This document shows positions 43,995 to 54,264 of a stretch of 64,000 nucleotides of DNA, one piece after another. The notes beneath the pieces are model-generated. The model ran no database searches. It was not told where the DNA came from and was given only the letters and a program-made list of their open reading frames with translations. Both the position numbers and the translations under genes were made by a program. Origin of the DNA: a virus; IMG/VR virus record IMGVR_UViG_3300022555_000046. One strand, given 5' to 3'. Position 1 is the stretch's first letter. The number at the start of each line of letters is the position of its first letter.

Positions 43995-46151
43995 ATGAAA
44001 AAGTTCGCTTTATTTTTACTCATGGCTGTTTTTAGTATGAGTGTTTTCGCCCAGAAAATTATTGAAACGCCCTCTGTAAGTGCTAAGTTCAAAAAAATAG
44101 GCACGGCAGGGGATATTATTGTTGAAACAGGCACAAAGGCAATGTATATTGTACTTGCCGGGAAAACCGTTGGCACGGCTGATAACATTACCACTTCAAT
44201 TGCCGGGACCGCCAGAATTGCGGCATTGTACTACGCTACCGGATCGGCCTATCTGGATACCACGAACAATAAGAATGTTCATGGGTATCTGACGTTTTAT
44301 AAACCTCCTTGCTCGAACCTTGCTGGAGCAACGTCAAATGTTGGGTATGGGACCGGGACACTTAACGCCATCTCCTCTGGAGCCGTGTCTACCACTGCAT
44401 TTGGGTATCAGGCGTTAAAGAACATGACTACTCCGCAACAGAATAGTGCGTTTGGCTCAAGTGCTTTATATTACAATACCACAGGTGCCGGGAATTCTGC
44501 CTTTGGAGCATCCTCTCTGTTTAATAACTTGACTGGGGGTATGAACTGCGCCTTTGGGTTAAATTCTATGTTAACCAATACCACCGGAACAGACAATTCG
44601 GCATATGGAACAAATTCCATGTATTGGAATACCACGGGGTCCAATAATATCGCTGTTGGGAAAGAGGCTTTAAAGGCAAACACAACCGCATCTTATAATT
44701 CAGCCGCAGGGTTTCACGCTCTTACCGCAAATACCACAGGAGCAAATAACAGTGCTTTTGGGGCATCTGCACTGGCGGGAAATTTAGCGGGAGCAAGCAA
44801 TTCTGCTTTTGGATCGTCTGCATTAAGCGCAAATCAGGGAGGTGCATCTAACACAGCCACTGGTATGGCGGCATTGCAGGGGAATATCTCCGGTAACTAC
44901 AATACGGCAGTCGGGGAAAATGCTCTTACCTCAAATACGACCGCAAGCAGCAACACCGCAATCGGATATCATGCTATGTACGGAAATATAACCGGGACAA
45001 CCAATGTTGCGGTAGGCGAACAGGCTTTAAAAAGCAGCACAGGAGATGGAAGTACGGCAGTCGGATACCATGCTATGTATGCAAATACGACCGGGACAAA
45101 TAATACCGCTGTCGGTGATCAGGCTTTATTGACTAATATAACTGGTATATACAATACTGCTATCGGAAGAATGGCCTTATACAACTCAACTTTAGATCAT
45201 AATACCGCAGTTGGGGCGAGTGCCCTTACATCCGCTACTACCGGACTTCAAAACTCTTTTTTGGGAAGTTTATCTGGTCAAAACATTACATCTGGAGGCT
45301 CTAATTCAGGGGTTGGGATGTCTGCGTTAAGTTCAGTAACTACGGGTATTGGAAATTCTGCACTTGGGATGTATGCCCTTACAAACTTATCTACATCGGG
45401 AGGGTATAATACCGCTATTGGGTGGGAGTCTGGAATGGGGATTAAGACTGGTTCTAATAATATTACTATCGGAAAAAATGCAGGTCCGAGCGGAACAACG
45501 TCTTCATCCACAAACAAGCTATACATTTCAGGCGCACCCGGGGGAGCGGATACTGCTTTCATATACGGAGATATGACTGGGGATAAGGCTACGGCAACAT
45601 TACAGCTTAATTCAGCAGTAACAGCGTTCAAATCCTGTTCTTCTCCTATCGTTGCTGCCACAACCACTCTTACCCTTCCCGGCACAACCACGATCACAAA
45701 AACAACCGGAAACGGTAACTGTGCAACTGCAAGTCACTCTCTCGCTGTAACCGACACAGTGTATGGAACAACCGTATTTGTCAATGGTAATATCATAAAA
45801 CGAACCCTTGTGCCAAAGGCGTTTGACTCCACTGGAACGATTACAGCCGCTCAACTATTAAGGGGGGTAATTACCTCTACTTCTGGGAGTCTTCAAAACA
45901 TAACCATGCCTACGGCCACCACTCTTGCTGCCTTAATCCCGAGTTGCGGAAGAGGAACCTACGTGGATTTTATTATAGATAATTCGGCTGGTGCCCAGAC
46001 TATAACAGTTGTTCCTGACGGAAGTATGCCAGCTATAACCTCTCCTATCACAGGGGGCGCAACACTGACGGTGTCTGTGGCAAATGCTGTGGGCGGTTTC
46101 CGATTGTATTTTACAAGTGGCACGGCTGGCAAGCTGTTAAGACTGTATTGA
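43995..46151 (+). CDS. Second NTAxG-repeat fibre/adhesin-like protein with signal peptide
   Basis: MKKFALFLLMAVFSMSVFAQ; tandem N[ST]AxG repeats. Confidence 0.75.
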   Translation: MKKFALFLLMAVFSMSVFAQKIIETPSVSAKFKKIGTAGDIIVETGTKAMYIVLAGKTVGTADNITTSIAGTARIAALYYATGSAYLDTTNNKNVHGYLTFYKPPCSNLAGATSNVGYGTGTLNAISSGAVSTTAFGYQALKNMTTPQQNSAFGSSALYYNTTGAGNSAFGASSLFNNLTGGMNCAFGLNSMLTNTTGTDNSAYGTNSMYWNTTGSNNIAVGKEALKANTTASYNSAAGFHALTANTTGANNSAFGASALAGNLAGASNSAFGSSALSANQGGASNTATGMAALQGNISGNYNTAVGENALTSNTTASSNTAIGYHAMYGNITGTTNVAVGEQALKSSTGDGSTAVGYHAMYANTTGTNNTAVGDQALLTNITGIYNTAIGRMALYNSTLDHNTAVGASALTSATTGLQNSFLGSLSGQNITSGGSNSGVGMSALSSVTTGIGNSALGMYALTNLSTSGGYNTAIGWESGMGIKTGSNNITIGKNAGPSGTTSSSTNKLYISGAPGGADTAFIYGDMTGDKATATLQLNSAVTAFKSCSSPIVAATTTLTLPGTTTITKTTGNGNCATASHSLAVTDTVYGTTVFVNGNIIKRTLVPKAFDSTGTITAAQLLRGVITSTSGSLQNITMPTATTLAALIPSCGRGTYVDFIIDNSAGAQTITVVPDGSMPAITSPITGGATLTVSVANAVGGFRLYFTSGTAGKLLRLY

Positions 46152-46196
46152 GATATTCTGTTTTCAGAATTCTTAATCAACTTAACGCCATGTCAA

Positions 46197-46997
46197 ATGA
46201 CCATCAAGGAAATATATCAATATTGCGAGGACCTCGCCAATAAAGACCAGAAGGGGAATGCCTTCGGACCTGATCAATTCAATAACACAATGAACTTTGT
46301 GTCTCTTGAATTATTTCAGGGGTTCTTTAAGATGGCGCAGGAAGTAGCCGTGGAAAAGGGTGTGCCTCTAAGTGAGGTTATCTTCTCTATGAACGATCTT
46401 CGCACGTTCATAGCCATTGTCTCCATACCGAGCGTGAATGTATTTCCTATTGACAATACGTTCGTATCTGTTGTGGCACCGTACCCCGCTAATTACAGGT
46501 ATTGGCTTTCCTTGATGGCAAACAATGTTCCGGTGGAAATAAGGCCATATTCTGAAATCAGCAACTACCGGGGAGGAATGTTGAATGTAAATCCTGACGA
46601 ACATCCTCTGGCGTTTGAAGGAGGAGGTGGTTTCGAGATTATACCGAACGACCTTCAGAAGATTTCAATGACCTATCTCAGAAAGCCAGCAGTGCCGTTT
46701 TACGATTTCTGTACCACCAGTGATGACCTGAAGATTTTCATGCCAGTTGGCTCAAAAATAAGGTATCTGGGTCCCACTGACTATTTTGTTCTTTACGATA
46801 AAAACGGAGATGTGATCTGCTTGGATGTCTATAAGGAAGGTATTGCAAATCCTTCTGATACTTATCTTTCCAGAACCGTGGAATTGGACTGGACCGACAC
46901 CATGCATCCAGATATAGCAATGTCTGTACTTGAGAAAATGGGGATCAACTTACGTGAACCCGGGATTGTTCAGTGGACTCAATCAAAATCAAAATGA
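46197..46997 (+). CDS. Tail ring/adaptor-like protein
   Basis: Paralogue of 43259-43969; YLRKPAVP..ELDW..MGINL. Confidence 0.6.
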   Translation: MTIKEIYQYCEDLANKDQKGNAFGPDQFNNTMNFVSLELFQGFFKMAQEVAVEKGVPLSEVIFSMNDLRTFIAIVSIPSVNVFPIDNTFVSVVAPYPANYRYWLSLMANNVPVEIRPYSEISNYRGGMLNVNPDEHPLAFEGGGGFEIIPNDLQKISMTYLRKPAVPFYDFCTTSDDLKIFMPVGSKIRYLGPTDYFVLYDKNGDVICLDVYKEGIANPSDTYLSRTVELDWTDTMHPDIAMSVLEKMGINLREPGIVQWTQSKSK

Positions 46998-47545
46998 TCA
47001 AGATAGAACTCATCGAAAAATGTCATTCTAAGAACCCGCAGGTCCTTCCTCAGATTATTGAAGGACATTGTGGGACCGTCTATAATCAACTCCTATTTGA
47101 CACCGGGATGGGATCGGATTATGATATCCATGCCAAGCAATACCTGAATGTTCCGGTTTTGTACGATGAGGCTGTTAATCAGTTTTATTGTGAATACCCG
47201 CAAGATATCTGTGTCCTTCCTGACGGAGCCGGGGTGAGAAGAATAAACCGAATGAAAGGGCAGGGTAGGGAATTTGTCCCTATTCAGAAATCGGCCATAC
47301 CTGCATTCAATAATCTCGTAGTCAGTAAAACAGACAAGACAATTGGGTATTCATTAACCCAAGAAAGAATCGAACTGGAAAGGAATCCCGGGGTTAAGGA
47401 ACTTAAGATGTCGCTGGTTATTCCTTTTGAACGTTTCGACTATGAGGATCAGGTCCATATACCCAAGGGGCAGGACGCTAAATTTTGGGCGGCTGTTGAT
47501 CAGTTAATAAATGGCACACCGCCAGTAAATAAAGTTAATGAATAA
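46994..47545 (+). CDS. Putative tail ring protein
   Basis: Position in tail module; overlaps upstream stop. Confidence 0.5.
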   Translation: MIKIELIEKCHSKNPQVLPQIIEGHCGTVYNQLLFDTGMGSDYDIHAKQYLNVPVLYDEAVNQFYCEYPQDICVLPDGAGVRRINRMKGQGREFVPIQKSAIPAFNNLVVSKTDKTIGYSLTQERIELERNPGVKELKMSLVIPFERFDYEDQVHIPKGQDAKFWAAVDQLINGTPPVNKVNE

Positions 47546-47553
47546 CCATACAA

Positions 47554-48267
47554 ATGGATAGTCCAGCCTTAATACCGATCTCCGCTGTTGTCGATTCATA
47601 TCTGAATGTGACTGGTAATTATAGTGATGCCATGTTTCGCAGACTATTACAGGTAGTTTGTGAAAATTACACTCACCTGAATATTAACAGCACCTCGATA
47701 TTTCAGACTCTCAGGACAACGGTTGGTAGGACCAATATCGTGGCGGTTCCGAGCGACTATATTGATTATGTAAGGATCGGAGTTCCTGTTCATGGGGAAA
47801 TCTATACCTTGACCAAAAACGACAAAATTCTCCTCCCCACATTAATGTCATGTGGGGAGGACGTTAAGGACCCCGGCTCTTCTTCTTACACCGAAAAGCC
47901 GTGGTATCCATCTTTTTCATCGTCAGGTGGAAGGAACTTCCTTTATTACAACTACGACAAAAAAGCCAGAGCAATTGTATTTAAAGGAGATGCAGTTGGC
48001 CGTGAGGTGGTTATTCAATACATTTCTTCTGGAGTAAGCATGGATGGAGACACCTTGATCCCGGTGCAACTACTTTTAACCATGAGGGCATTTCTTCACT
48101 GGACACTTCTTAGTTTCGATGTGAAGATGCCTGAAGTTAAGGTAGTTGCAGCTAAGAGAACATTTTACGAACTTCTTGCGGAATATGAGCGAATGGATAT
48201 GTCCTTCACAGCAGACGAGTTTATTGACGCTATCAGGCAAGGGTACAAACAAACAATCAAATCATAA
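47554..48267 (+). CDS. Putative tail ring protein
   Basis: PSDYIDYVRIG..IQYISSG..IP pattern; tail module. Confidence 0.55.
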   Translation: MDSPALIPISAVVDSYLNVTGNYSDAMFRRLLQVVCENYTHLNINSTSIFQTLRTTVGRTNIVAVPSDYIDYVRIGVPVHGEIYTLTKNDKILLPTLMSCGEDVKDPGSSSYTEKPWYPSFSSSGGRNFLYYNYDKKARAIVFKGDAVGREVVIQYISSGVSMDGDTLIPVQLLLTMRAFLHWTLLSFDVKMPEVKVVAAKRTFYELLAEYERMDMSFTADEFIDAIRQGYKQTIKS

Positions 48268-48271
48268 ATGT

Positions 48272-48517
48272 ATGGAACTCACTGTAAGTGCAACAGGAAT
48301 AACGATCACCAGACACACCGGATTAACCAGCAGTGTCGAACTTCATATCCCGGCAAAACTCATTTATGGGTTTAAGAAACAACGGAATGAAAAGGTTTAT
48401 GTGAAGTGGGACCAATTAACTATCTTGGATTGCTCCGCTTACAGTATTTACAATGGGGTAGCTGTTACGCCAACGGCCATACAGATAATGAGCGACCTCG
48501 TTACTATAACCTCATAA
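48272..48517 (+). CDS. Hypothetical protein
   Basis: 81 aa, tightly packed. Confidence 0.5.
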   Translation: MELTVSATGITITRHTGLTSSVELHIPAKLIYGFKKQRNEKVYVKWDQLTILDCSAYSIYNGVAVTPTAIQIMSDLVTITS

Positions 48518-49041
48518 TGACCATAGTCGTGGCATATCAAATTTCAGCATCGTTAATTGCTTTCTGTATCTGGATTATGGAAGGGTTTCTGGATGGACGG
48601 AAAGAGGCGTATTATGCAGCCAAGGCAAAGGAGCATCAGGATAAGCCTGATTACAATATCTATGACGGTATTATGAACTCCATACTATCCGAGAAAAGAT
48701 GGCTTTACCTAACCACACGACTTGTTATGACTTACCTGCTTGTGATCGGAATAAAGATCACCGTGCTGCTTAAGTACGAAGAGGTTTCATATCATCCATT
48801 GATTTCAGCGATTGTGTTTATCACTATTCTTCTGGCTCCCGTCCTGTCGTATCCGTTCATCCATGATGCAACCTTTTACACCATGATGAACAGGCGCATC
48901 CCGGGATATTATCCCAGATCGTGGAAAACTAACCTTGACCAGTCTCGTTTCAGCGTTAATTATCCAACAAGACTCTATCTGTTTATTATAGCTGTATTAA
49001 TGCTCGTCTCGCAAATCATTATTCATGTACACTGCTCTTAA
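48517..49041 (+). CDS. Multi-pass membrane protein
   Basis: About four hydrophobic segments. Confidence 0.6.
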   Translation: MTIVVAYQISASLIAFCIWIMEGFLDGRKEAYYAAKAKEHQDKPDYNIYDGIMNSILSEKRWLYLTTRLVMTYLLVIGIKITVLLKYEEVSYHPLISAIVFITILLAPVLSYPFIHDATFYTMMNRRIPGYYPRSWKTNLDQSRFSVNYPTRLYLFIIAVLMLVSQIIIHVHCS

Positions 49042-49367
49042 TGGAAACGATGAACCCTCAAGCGTTAAACATATTTCAACTTGCAGGATGGTCAATCGCC
49101 ATATGGTTTGTGATAAGATCAATTTGGAAATATGACGCCAACGAAAAGAAGTTAATCGAACTCGCTATAAACTCGGCTACTCACTGGGAGCAGTGTGCGG
49201 CAAATTACAGAAGTTCCACCACTCACTTCGACACCACCGATGCGACCATGTGTAGGATCGACAAAGATGTGTCTACACTTAAAAACAATGTCACCAGCAT
49301 AGAAATAAGGCTGGTGAGAATTGAGGAAAAATGCAAACTAACAAATCACGCACATGATAAAACTTAA
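49041..49367 (+). CDS. TM plus coiled-coil protein (lysis module)
   Basis: One N-terminal TM, then heptad-rich tail. Confidence 0.55.
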   Translation: METMNPQALNIFQLAGWSIAIWFVIRSIWKYDANEKKLIELAINSATHWEQCAANYRSSTTHFDTTDATMCRIDKDVSTLKNNVTSIEIRLVRIEEKCKLTNHAHDKT

Positions 49368-49641
49368 ATTCTGGGAAGACCAACTCCCGAACGGACAGGT
49401 CACCCAATCGTCAAGCAGACTGATCTTTCTGAGTGGATGGCTTTTTTTGTATGCCCTCATCACCTTTGAGGTGCTGTCAGTAACCTTCTGGAATGGAAAG
49501 ATGGATTATGCCCTTATCGCAATGATCGCAGGGTTTGCCACAGGCCAAAAGATGTATCAGAAAGCCGTGGAGTCAAAAGACATCAGTCCTGACACCCCTA
49601 TTGTACCGGAGGTTCCGGTTACGAAAACAGACGCAGCTTAA
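49354..49641 (+). CDS. Putative holin
   Basis: Two TMs, SSSRL motif, charged C-terminus. Confidence 0.55.
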   Translation: MIKLKFWEDQLPNGQVTQSSSRLIFLSGWLFLYALITFEVLSVTFWNGKMDYALIAMIAGFATGQKMYQKAVESKDISPDTPIVPEVPVTKTDAA

Positions 49642-49651
49642 TTGAGTTAAG

Positions 49652-50242
49652 ATGAAAAAGCTACCGTGGGGATATATTTTAGCCGCCTGTCTTTTTATTG
49701 TCATCGGGATTCTTTTGACACAGATGTGTAAAAGGACCCCTGAGACGACTCCTGTTGCCAAGGTGACAATAGACTCTCTTGTAAAGGTGAACGCATTCCT
49801 GATCGAAGAAAACAAGGCAAAGTCGGACAGTATTGACAGGGTGGTAAAGGACAGGGAGGACAGGGTCGCTGAAAAGGAGAAAACGATACGGTTGATCACG
49901 GAAAAATACAACCGTCTTCGCCAACAGGTTCCTCCCGGGAGGGACACGGTGGTTAAGGAGATTCAGTTTCTTAACGGAGAGGAGTGTCTGGAGAAGATGC
50001 CTATTCTTCAGGTTCAATTATGTATTAAAGATTCCGTTATTGATGACCTGAAACGGAAATGCATATTTAAAGACACGGTGAACATGGCTCTTCAGAGGCA
50101 GTTTGATCGGTCAATATTGTTAAATAAAAGCCAGCAAGGGCAGTCGGAGAAGGACGCCAAGAAGGTTAAACGATTTAAGCGACTCGGTATTGCCGGGGTG
50201 ATTGTGGGTGTGGCAGGTGTTATTTACGCAACTTTACATTGA
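49652..50242 (+). CDS. Putative spanin
   Basis: N-terminal hydrophobic segment ending in Cys, coiled coil, C-terminal TM. Confidence 0.5.
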   Translation: MKKLPWGYILAACLFIVIGILLTQMCKRTPETTPVAKVTIDSLVKVNAFLIEENKAKSDSIDRVVKDREDRVAEKEKTIRLITEKYNRLRQQVPPGRDTVVKEIQFLNGEECLEKMPILQVQLCIKDSVIDDLKRKCIFKDTVNMALQRQFDRSILLNKSQQGQSEKDAKKVKRFKRLGIAGVIVGVAGVIYATLH

Positions 50243-50243
50243 A

Positions 50244-53200
50244 ATGACTAAGGTAAATCAGGTAATTATTCCACATAAAATGAATCAGGACGTTGATGAA
50301 CGTGCCCTGAAGTCAAATGAATGTCGATACAAGCTGAATCTTCGCAGTGGAACGACAGAGGGGAGTAATTCTGAAGACTCTGAGCCTATCGGAAGCACGA
50401 GAGAGATTCCTAATCCGTTTTACAACCTCGGAGATGTTGACAATGGATCGCATGAAGACATTTCAACAAGCACTGTATTCTTTTTTGTTTACAATGCCAA
50501 TAAATCTTTTGACAAAATACTTCGATACACTCCAGCGGCAAACAAGTTGGAGCGTGTGTTACAGCACCGATATCTTAACTTTAGGCTTGATCGAAAAATT
50601 ACAGATGTCGATGTGGTTGATGGACTACTTTATTGGACGGATGGCGGTTTTGTTTCGTTCAAAGATAACGACTTTACTCCCCCCAGAAAGATAAATATAG
50701 ACAAGGCCATAAAGTTCTCTCGGGAGTTTTTTAGCATGGCTATGGGGAATCCAAACAGGCAATGGGAATATAATTATTGCAGAGAGGCTAAGTCGGTAAC
50801 CGGACAGAATGATCATTACGGCAAAACGGCATATATAGGAGTCTTCCCGTCTCTTTTTAGTGTCGGAAGATACATGGTTGCTTGGACTTTGGATGGAGGT
50901 GAATATGGGTACAGGCATAAGCGCACATCGGGTATAGGTAAAATACTGGACCAAGGCTCCGTTGGTTCTCTTGAATACATTGTGACCGACAGGCCGTGGA
51001 GAGAAGGTCCCGACATCACATCTCTTGCAAAATACGGGTACTCCTTGATATTTCAGACCGGAATGTATTTCGGTATAGATTATCAGGTTTTAGACGCTAT
51101 AAAATACCCCCCGGCATACCCTCCGTCATACGGATACTGGGGTTCTGGATCGCCCAAAGAGACGGGTAATCTAAGGGACCATGTTTATCAGTTTTGTTAT
51201 AGATACATTTACGATGATCGTGAAACAACCGTGCTGTCTGCTTTTAGTGGGGTTTCTGAAGGGGGTACAAGTGAAATGTTTGACGGGAGTTACATTGATG
51301 GTAAGGAAAACGGGATTCGCATAACGCTGGATACTGGGTCAATTGAGGTAGTTGCGATAGAATTGTTCTTCAGGACAAACGAAACTCAGGAATGGAAGAG
51401 GTTTTACAGGATTGAAAAATACGACCAGAATGGCAATGTTTTGATCGAAAACGATATCCCGTACGTGTTCGAGTTTTTCAATAATTATGTCACCCAGAAT
51501 CTGGCAAAGGAGGACGCAATTCGCCCGTTCGATTACGTACCGCAGATCGCAAGGGGACAGGAACTTATTGAAAAGAATAGGATTCTTTATTATGATTACT
51601 GGGAGGGGTTTGATAGGGTTAATCCAAAAATATCCCTAACAACAGTTTCTCGTGCGTTGTCATTTGCAGACTATCAAGAGGCGCATGATTTTTATCTGGC
51701 AGATATAATTATAAATAATCCAGACGAAAGTTTATCCAGAGAGTTTTTGTGCATAGTCGTAAGGTTAACGGACCTGATGCAAAGGGATCGTGGCCTATGG
51801 TATTTCTCAGCATTTGACGAGAATATAATCCCAGATACCATATCAGCGATATACATGTCTTCCCCGGGGGACTATACGGCAAACATTATAAGCCATTGGG
51901 TGGATGGGATACGATTACAATACAGGACGTATCCGGTATTTTCAAAATATAATATGCCCATGTTAAATGACTACACAACAAGGGATATGAATGGGACTAC
52001 CGGGAACCCTTTGGGACAAGGGATTCTGTCGGGGGATCGTATAGCCATTGCCGTAAATGATTATGCCACTCCTTGGCCGGGGCTATATGGTCCTAAAATA
52101 ACAGAGTCTGTAAGTGTCGGAACGACCAGAAAAGCGTCTTTAAAGCATAGGTCGTGGTATCAAGCAGGAGTTGAATATTATGATGGACCTTCCAGAAAGG
52201 GAGCGGTTGTTCTTTCGGAAAACTCAAGACTGTACATACCCCCGGGAGATGCCGGGGATCGGGCAATAGACGCAGTGTCGTTACGCATGGCCATAGGGCA
52301 TGTTCCCCCGATGGAGGCAGATACATATCAGGTGGTTATCTCAAAAAGGTTATCCATGTCGTATTTCGATTATTTTAGGGTATATTCCATAAGAGAAACT
52401 CCTGCCGCTGTTGGTATAATAACTATGAACACGCTTGACATTACGGTGAATCCAGACATTCTGGATATGAATGAGGTGTTTAAAAAAAGTATTGTAAAAC
52501 CATATGTCTGGGAGCGTGGGGATAAAATAAGATTTGCGTATTATAGAACAAGTCAATTGGCAAATACACAAGGATTATATTACTATAAGAATTTTCCAGA
52601 CACCCTCTCTTTCGACATTATTAATGCCGAATACAAGGAAGTCCCAAGGCAGGGGAGGCAGGTCATCCCTATATACGAGGAAAATCAGAAGGGGGAAACT
52701 ATATGGACGGCAGAGGGAAATAAGGTAGAAAATATATTTTCCCTTCAAATTACCATACCAGCATTTAAGTATGGCAGTATAGATGGATTTAAAGACCTTG
52801 CGAAGATAGGCCCAGAGGAGCAGATTTTTGTTGAAATATTCCGTCCAAAAAAGGAGAATGAAGATAATTTATTTTATGCCATTGGTCCGAGGATTCCAAT
52901 TTCACAGCCACATACCGATTACAGGGCGCACCAATCAACAAATTCTTCGCAGGATGATGTCGATCAGACAACGGTAAACGGAGTGTCGTTAAACGATGCT
53001 ATACTTACCGTTTCGGGCGGGGATGTGTGGGTAAGAAACAGGCTTACCGGGGTCATACAGAACCCAGTTCCATTCCCAATAGAATCTACAAACTATTCCG
53101 ACTTTTACGAAAGCGAATTGCCTTGTCTTGGGAATGTAAATGTGGAAAACAGAAACATGAAACGCCAGAATTTCCCCACTGCATACAGGTATTCCGGTTT

Positions 53201-54263
53201 GTATATTCAGGACACTCAAGTTAATCAACTTAATAGTTTCTCGTCAGGTGACTCTAATATTCTACCACATAAATTTGGCAGAATAGCAAAAATGATTGAG
53301 GTCGGAGAAGTGTTAAGAACATTGTTGCAAAATAAGCCCATCTCCCTATATGTGAGTGCCGTGTCAATGAAACAAGGAACCATTGGAGGTCAGCAGGTTG
53401 TTGCATTATCAGATAAAGTTGTTGGGGGACAGTTGATTCATCCAGAAGACTTTGGGACCATAAACCCAGAAAGTGTAACGGACTCTGGAAGTTACACGTA
53501 TTTCTGGGATATGTATAGCGGGATATGGTGCAGATGGTCCACAAACGGAGTTCGTCAGATCGTTGGAAAGGACAGTGAGTCTGGGTGGGACTATGGAATG
53601 TCAACGTATTTCAGAAACAAAAGCAGGTCCCTAATAAAATCTGGAGTTGCCAATGTGAATGTATATTCAGCATTCGAGAGCGAATATGGGAATTTAATTG
53701 TTACATTTGTTGACCATATTAACCCTATTAATAATGCCACCCTGATGTTCCATGAGCCAACCAATTCTTGGACAACTTGTTTGTCCTTCATTCCTGATGG
53801 ATATGGGACTTGTAATCTTGTGTTTATGAGTTCAAAGGGAGGTAGGCTGTATCGTCACAATATAGGCGTTACAGATATGGACAACGCTCCAAATATTTTT
53901 TATGGAGTTCAATACAAAAGCGAGGTTATTGTTGTTGCTAACGTGAATCCAGACAAGATTAAGTCGTGGGATTCTATGGAAGTGTTTTCGTATGGAAACT
54001 GGGAGTCTCCCGAAACCGGGGATGTGTACGTGATTACGGATGGAAGTCACATGCGAAGCAGGTTGAAAAGTTCGGCATTTAAACGCAGAGAAGGCGTTGG
54101 TGTTGTGTCATTTTTGAGAGATATGTATACTCATGGAAAGGAGTCGTTGTCTGATTTGTTTAATGGGAGAAAACTCAGAGGACATACTATACGAGTAAGG
54201 CTTATAAGCGATGATGGAAAACCTATAATGGGAGTAAATATTAACGGTACAATATCTGAATAA
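50244..54263 (+). CDS. Tail muzzle/nozzle (stabilisation) protein
   Basis: 1339 aa; MNQDVDER..N, LYWTDG..PRKINI, YQFCYRYIYDD, LRGH patterns typical of crAss-like tail stabilisation proteins. Confidence 0.75.
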   Translation: MTKVNQVIIPHKMNQDVDERALKSNECRYKLNLRSGTTEGSNSEDSEPIGSTREIPNPFYNLGDVDNGSHEDISTSTVFFFVYNANKSFDKILRYTPAANKLERVLQHRYLNFRLDRKITDVDVVDGLLYWTDGGFVSFKDNDFTPPRKINIDKAIKFSREFFSMAMGNPNRQWEYNYCREAKSVTGQNDHYGKTAYIGVFPSLFSVGRYMVAWTLDGGEYGYRHKRTSGIGKILDQGSVGSLEYIVTDRPWREGPDITSLAKYGYSLIFQTGMYFGIDYQVLDAIKYPPAYPPSYGYWGSGSPKETGNLRDHVYQFCYRYIYDDRETTVLSAFSGVSEGGTSEMFDGSYIDGKENGIRITLDTGSIEVVAIELFFRTNETQEWKRFYRIEKYDQNGNVLIENDIPYVFEFFNNYVTQNLAKEDAIRPFDYVPQIARGQELIEKNRILYYDYWEGFDRVNPKISLTTVSRALSFADYQEAHDFYLADIIINNPDESLSREFLCIVVRLTDLMQRDRGLWYFSAFDENIIPDTISAIYMSSPGDYTANIISHWVDGIRLQYRTYPVFSKYNMPMLNDYTTRDMNGTTGNPLGQGILSGDRIAIAVNDYATPWPGLYGPKITESVSVGTTRKASLKHRSWYQAGVEYYDGPSRKGAVVLSENSRLYIPPGDAGDRAIDAVSLRMAIGHVPPMEADTYQVVISKRLSMSYFDYFRVYSIRETPAAVGIITMNTLDITVNPDILDMNEVFKKSIVKPYVWERGDKIRFAYYRTSQLANTQGLYYYKNFPDTLSFDIINAEYKEVPRQGRQVIPIYEENQKGETIWTAEGNKVENIFSLQITIPAFKYGSIDGFKDLAKIGPEEQIFVEIFRPKKENEDNLFYAIGPRIPISQPHTDYRAHQSTNSSQDDVDQTTVNGVSLNDAILTVSGGDVWVRNRLTGVIQNPVPFPIESTNYSDFYESELPCLGNVNVENRNMKRQNFPTAYRYSGLYIQDTQVNQLNSFSSGDSNILPHKFGRIAKMIEVGEVLRTLLQNKPISLYVSAVSMKQGTIGGQQVVALSDKVVGGQLIHPEDFGTINPESVTDSGSYTYFWDMYSGIWCRWSTNGVRQIVGKDSESGWDYGMSTYFRNKSRSLIKSGVANVNVYSAFESEYGNLIVTFVDHINPINNATLMFHEPTNSWTTCLSFIPDGYGTCNLVFMSSKGGRLYRHNIGVTDMDNAPNIFYGVQYKSEVIVVANVNPDKIKSWDSMEVFSYGNWESPETGDVYVITDGSHMRSRLKSSAFKRREGVGVVSFLRDMYTHGKESLSDLFNGRKLRGHTIRVRLISDDGKPIMGVNINGTISE

Positions 54264-54264
54264 A

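Noticed and set aside
30500-45500. CRISPR array or DGR from the visible repeats
   Set aside because: Repeats are in-frame coding NTAxG and G-P-T units; no identical repeats with unique spacers, no reverse transcriptase, no adenine-specific TR/VR pair seen.
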